The translations under genes were made by a program, and so were the position numbers. A model generated the notes under the pieces. That model worked only from the letters and a program-made list of their open reading frames with translations. It searched no databases and was not told the DNA's origin. From assembly GCA_963719225.1 (NCBI GenBank), contig CAVRAY010000001.1, forward strand, positions 3,712,001-3,776,000: a stretch of 64,000 bases of DNA. The letters run 5' to 3'. Position 1 is the stretch's first letter; every line of letters begins with the position of its first letter. Positions 62,114-64,000 of this stretch are shown here, piece by piece. Source of the stretch: Thermoanaerobaculia bacterium (GTDB lineage: Bacteria; Acidobacteriota; Thermoanaerobaculia; UBA5066).

Positions 62114-64000
62114 ATGACCACTCGCTTCCGCGCTTCCCTGCTCCTTCTCTTTCTCGCGTCCGCCGCGCCCGCGGCGGAGTCCCGCCGCGCGTTCACGCTC
62201 GAGGACCTCTATCGCGTCAAGAGCGTCGGCGAGCCGGCGATCTCCCCGGACGGCAAGACCGTCGTTTACAGCGTGGCCACGAACGACTGGGCCACGAAGA
62301 AGAAGACCGTCGCCCTTTGGCGCATCGACGCCGACGGGAAGAATGCCCGCCCTCTCACGTTCCCGAGCGCGCTCGACGAGCATCCCTTCTTCTCGCCCGA
62401 CGGTCGGACGCTCGCGTTCGTCTCGACGCGCGCCGGCGACCCGCAGGTCTACTTCCTGCCTCTCGAAGGCGGCGAGCCCGAGCAGAAGACGTCCTTCCCC
62501 GGCAGTGTCACGAATCCCGCGTTCTCGAACGACGGACGGCTCCTCGTCTTTTCCGCGGACGTCTTTCCCGCGTGCGGGGCGGATGCCACATGCAACCGCA
62601 AGGGCACCGAGGCCCGCGAGAAGAACAAGCTGAAGGCGCATCTGTCCGACACGCTCCTCTTCCGGCACTGGACGGAATGGAGGGAGGGCAAGCGCGCGCA
62701 CGTCCTCGTTCTCGACCTTCGCGAGGCGGACCCGCAGAAGGCCCTGCGCGACCTCACGCCCGGCGATTTCGAATCACCTGTCTTCATGCTCGGCGGCGGT
62801 CACGGGTTCGACCTCTCCCCCGAGGGAATCGAGCTCGCGTTCTCCTCGAACCGCGACGCCGACCCCGCTCTTTCGACGAACGCCGACATCTTCACGGTCC
62901 CGGTCGCCGGCGCCGCCGGAGCGCCCGGGCCGCCGAAGAACCTCACGGCGACGAATTCGGGCTACGACGGCTCGCCACGGTATTCGCCGGACGGCCGCTT
63001 TCTCGCGTTCCTGAGGCAGACGACGCCGCGCTACGAAGCCGACCGCCTGAGGCTGATGCTCCTCGACCGGAAATCGGGGGCCCTTCGCGACCTGACTCCG
63101 TCCTTCGACGACACGCTTCGGGACTTTCTGTTTTCCAGGGACGGCTCGCGGATCTTCTTCACGGCCGACGTGAAAGGCCGTACGCCGCTCTACGAGGTGG
63201 AAGTTGCGACCGGTGCGATCCGCGCGGTCTCCTCGGTCGGCACGCTCGATGCCGCGGCGATCGCCCCGGACGGGACATGGGCGGCCGTGGCGCGCCGGCG
63301 GATCGGAAGCCCGCTCGAGCTGTATCGGCTTTCACTCGGAAAGGGAGCGGACGAGGCGGGAAAAAAGCTCACGACGCACAACGCCTCCCTCGAGGAGGAA
63401 GTGGACTTCCGCCCGGGCGAGGAGATGACCGTCGCGGGCGCCGACGGCAAACCCGTTCAGGTCTTCCTCGTGAAGCCCCACGGCTTCGATCCGGCGAAAA
63501 AGTACCCGCTCATCCTGAACATCCACGGCGGGCCTCAGCAGCAGTGGACGGATGCGTACCGCGGGGACTGGCAGGTGTACCCGGGGGCCGGATACGTCGT
63601 GGCTTTCCCGAATCCGCACGGCTCGACGGGATTCGGGCAGGCGTACACATCCGCCATCTCCGGCGACTGGAACGGCAAGGTCATGATCGACATCGAGAAG
63701 GTCGCCGATGCGCTCGAAAAGCTGCCGTACGTCGACAAGAACCGCATGGGCGCGATGGGCTGGTCATGGGGCGGCTACGCAATGATGTGGCTCGAGGGGC
63801 ACACCACGCGGTTCAAGGCGCTCGCCGCGATGATGGGCGTCTACGACCTCCGCGCGATGCACTCGTCGACGGAAGAGGTCTGGTTTCCGGCGTGGGACCT
63901 CAAGGGCGCACCGTGGGAGAACGCCGCTCTCTACAAGGGCCAGAGCCCGTCGGAATACGTGCCGGCGTTCCGGACGCCCTGCCTCGTCATCACGGGCGAG
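62114..64000 (+). CDS. Secreted S9 (prolyl oligopeptidase/dipeptidyl peptidase) family protein, truncated by the window end
   Basis: ATG 62114 MTTRFRASLLLLFLASAAPAA, PD40-like SPDG repeats, IHGGPQ, GSTGFG, GWSWGGY nucleophile at ~63758. No stop in window. Confidence 0.9.
   Translation, partial: MTTRFRASLLLLFLASAAPAAESRRAFTLEDLYRVKSVGEPAISPDGKTVVYSVATNDWATKKKTVALWRIDADGKNARPLTFPSALDEHPFFSPDGRTLAFVSTRAGDPQVYFLPLEGGEPEQKTSFPGSVTNPAFSNDGRLLVFSADVFPACGADATCNRKGTEAREKNKLKAHLSDTLLFRHWTEWREGKRAHVLVLDLREADPQKALRDLTPGDFESPVFMLGGGHGFDLSPEGIELAFSSNRDADPALSTNADIFTVPVAGAAGAPGPPKNLTATNSGYDGSPRYSPDGRFLAFLRQTTPRYEADRLRLMLLDRKSGALRDLTPSFDDTLRDFLFSRDGSRIFFTADVKGRTPLYEVEVATGAIRAVSSVGTLDAAAIAPDGTWAAVARRRIGSPLELYRLSLGKGADEAGKKLTTHNASLEEEVDFRPGEEMTVAGADGKPVQVFLVKPHGFDPAKKYPLILNIHGGPQQQWTDAYRGDWQVYPGAGYVVAFPNPHGSTGFGQAYTSAISGDWNGKVMIDIEKVADALEKLPYVDKNRMGAMGWSWGGYAMMWLEGHTTRFKALAAMMGVYDLRAMHSSTEEVWFPAWDLKGAPWENAALYKGQSPSEYVPAFRTPCLVITGE

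Overview
High-GC bacterial chromosomal window, about 60 genes. Gene content (Oar-type TonB receptor, FG-GAP protein, many secreted proteins) is suggestive of Acidobacteriota/Thermoanaerobaculia; this is inference. Main blocks: (1) a compact bacterial microcompartment (BMC) operon at 1863-8024 with a Haliangium-like shell set (1 BMC-H, 3 BMC-T, 3 BMC-P), a CoA-acylating aldehyde dehydrogenase and an RpiB-DeoC fusion carrying an encapsulation peptide and an 8-Cys linker; (2) housekeeping and metabolic genes (carA, aroF, meaB-epimerase fusion, parE-like, trmJ, ettA, dps, xanthine-dehydrogenase-family trio); (3) a possible nitrosative-stress neighbourhood (globin, Crp/Fnr regulator, NnrS-like protein with an FNR-type box); (4) a complete IS5-family element inserted in a stop-codon CTAG; (5) a peptidoglycan-scavenging cluster with unusual exported fusion enzymes; (6) four PIN/VapC toxin-antitoxin pairs. 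Two cross-cutting DNA patterns were seen by eye. One is a degenerate ~22-bp AT-rich motif (GAAGATTTTCTTAGAAGGGTGAA-like) occurring at least 14 times, mostly inside coding sequences and often as convergent pairs. The other is many probable leaderless genes (TANNNT 6-9 nt before the start codon). No rRNA, tRNA or CRISPR array was seen. All product calls come from motif recognition, not database searches.
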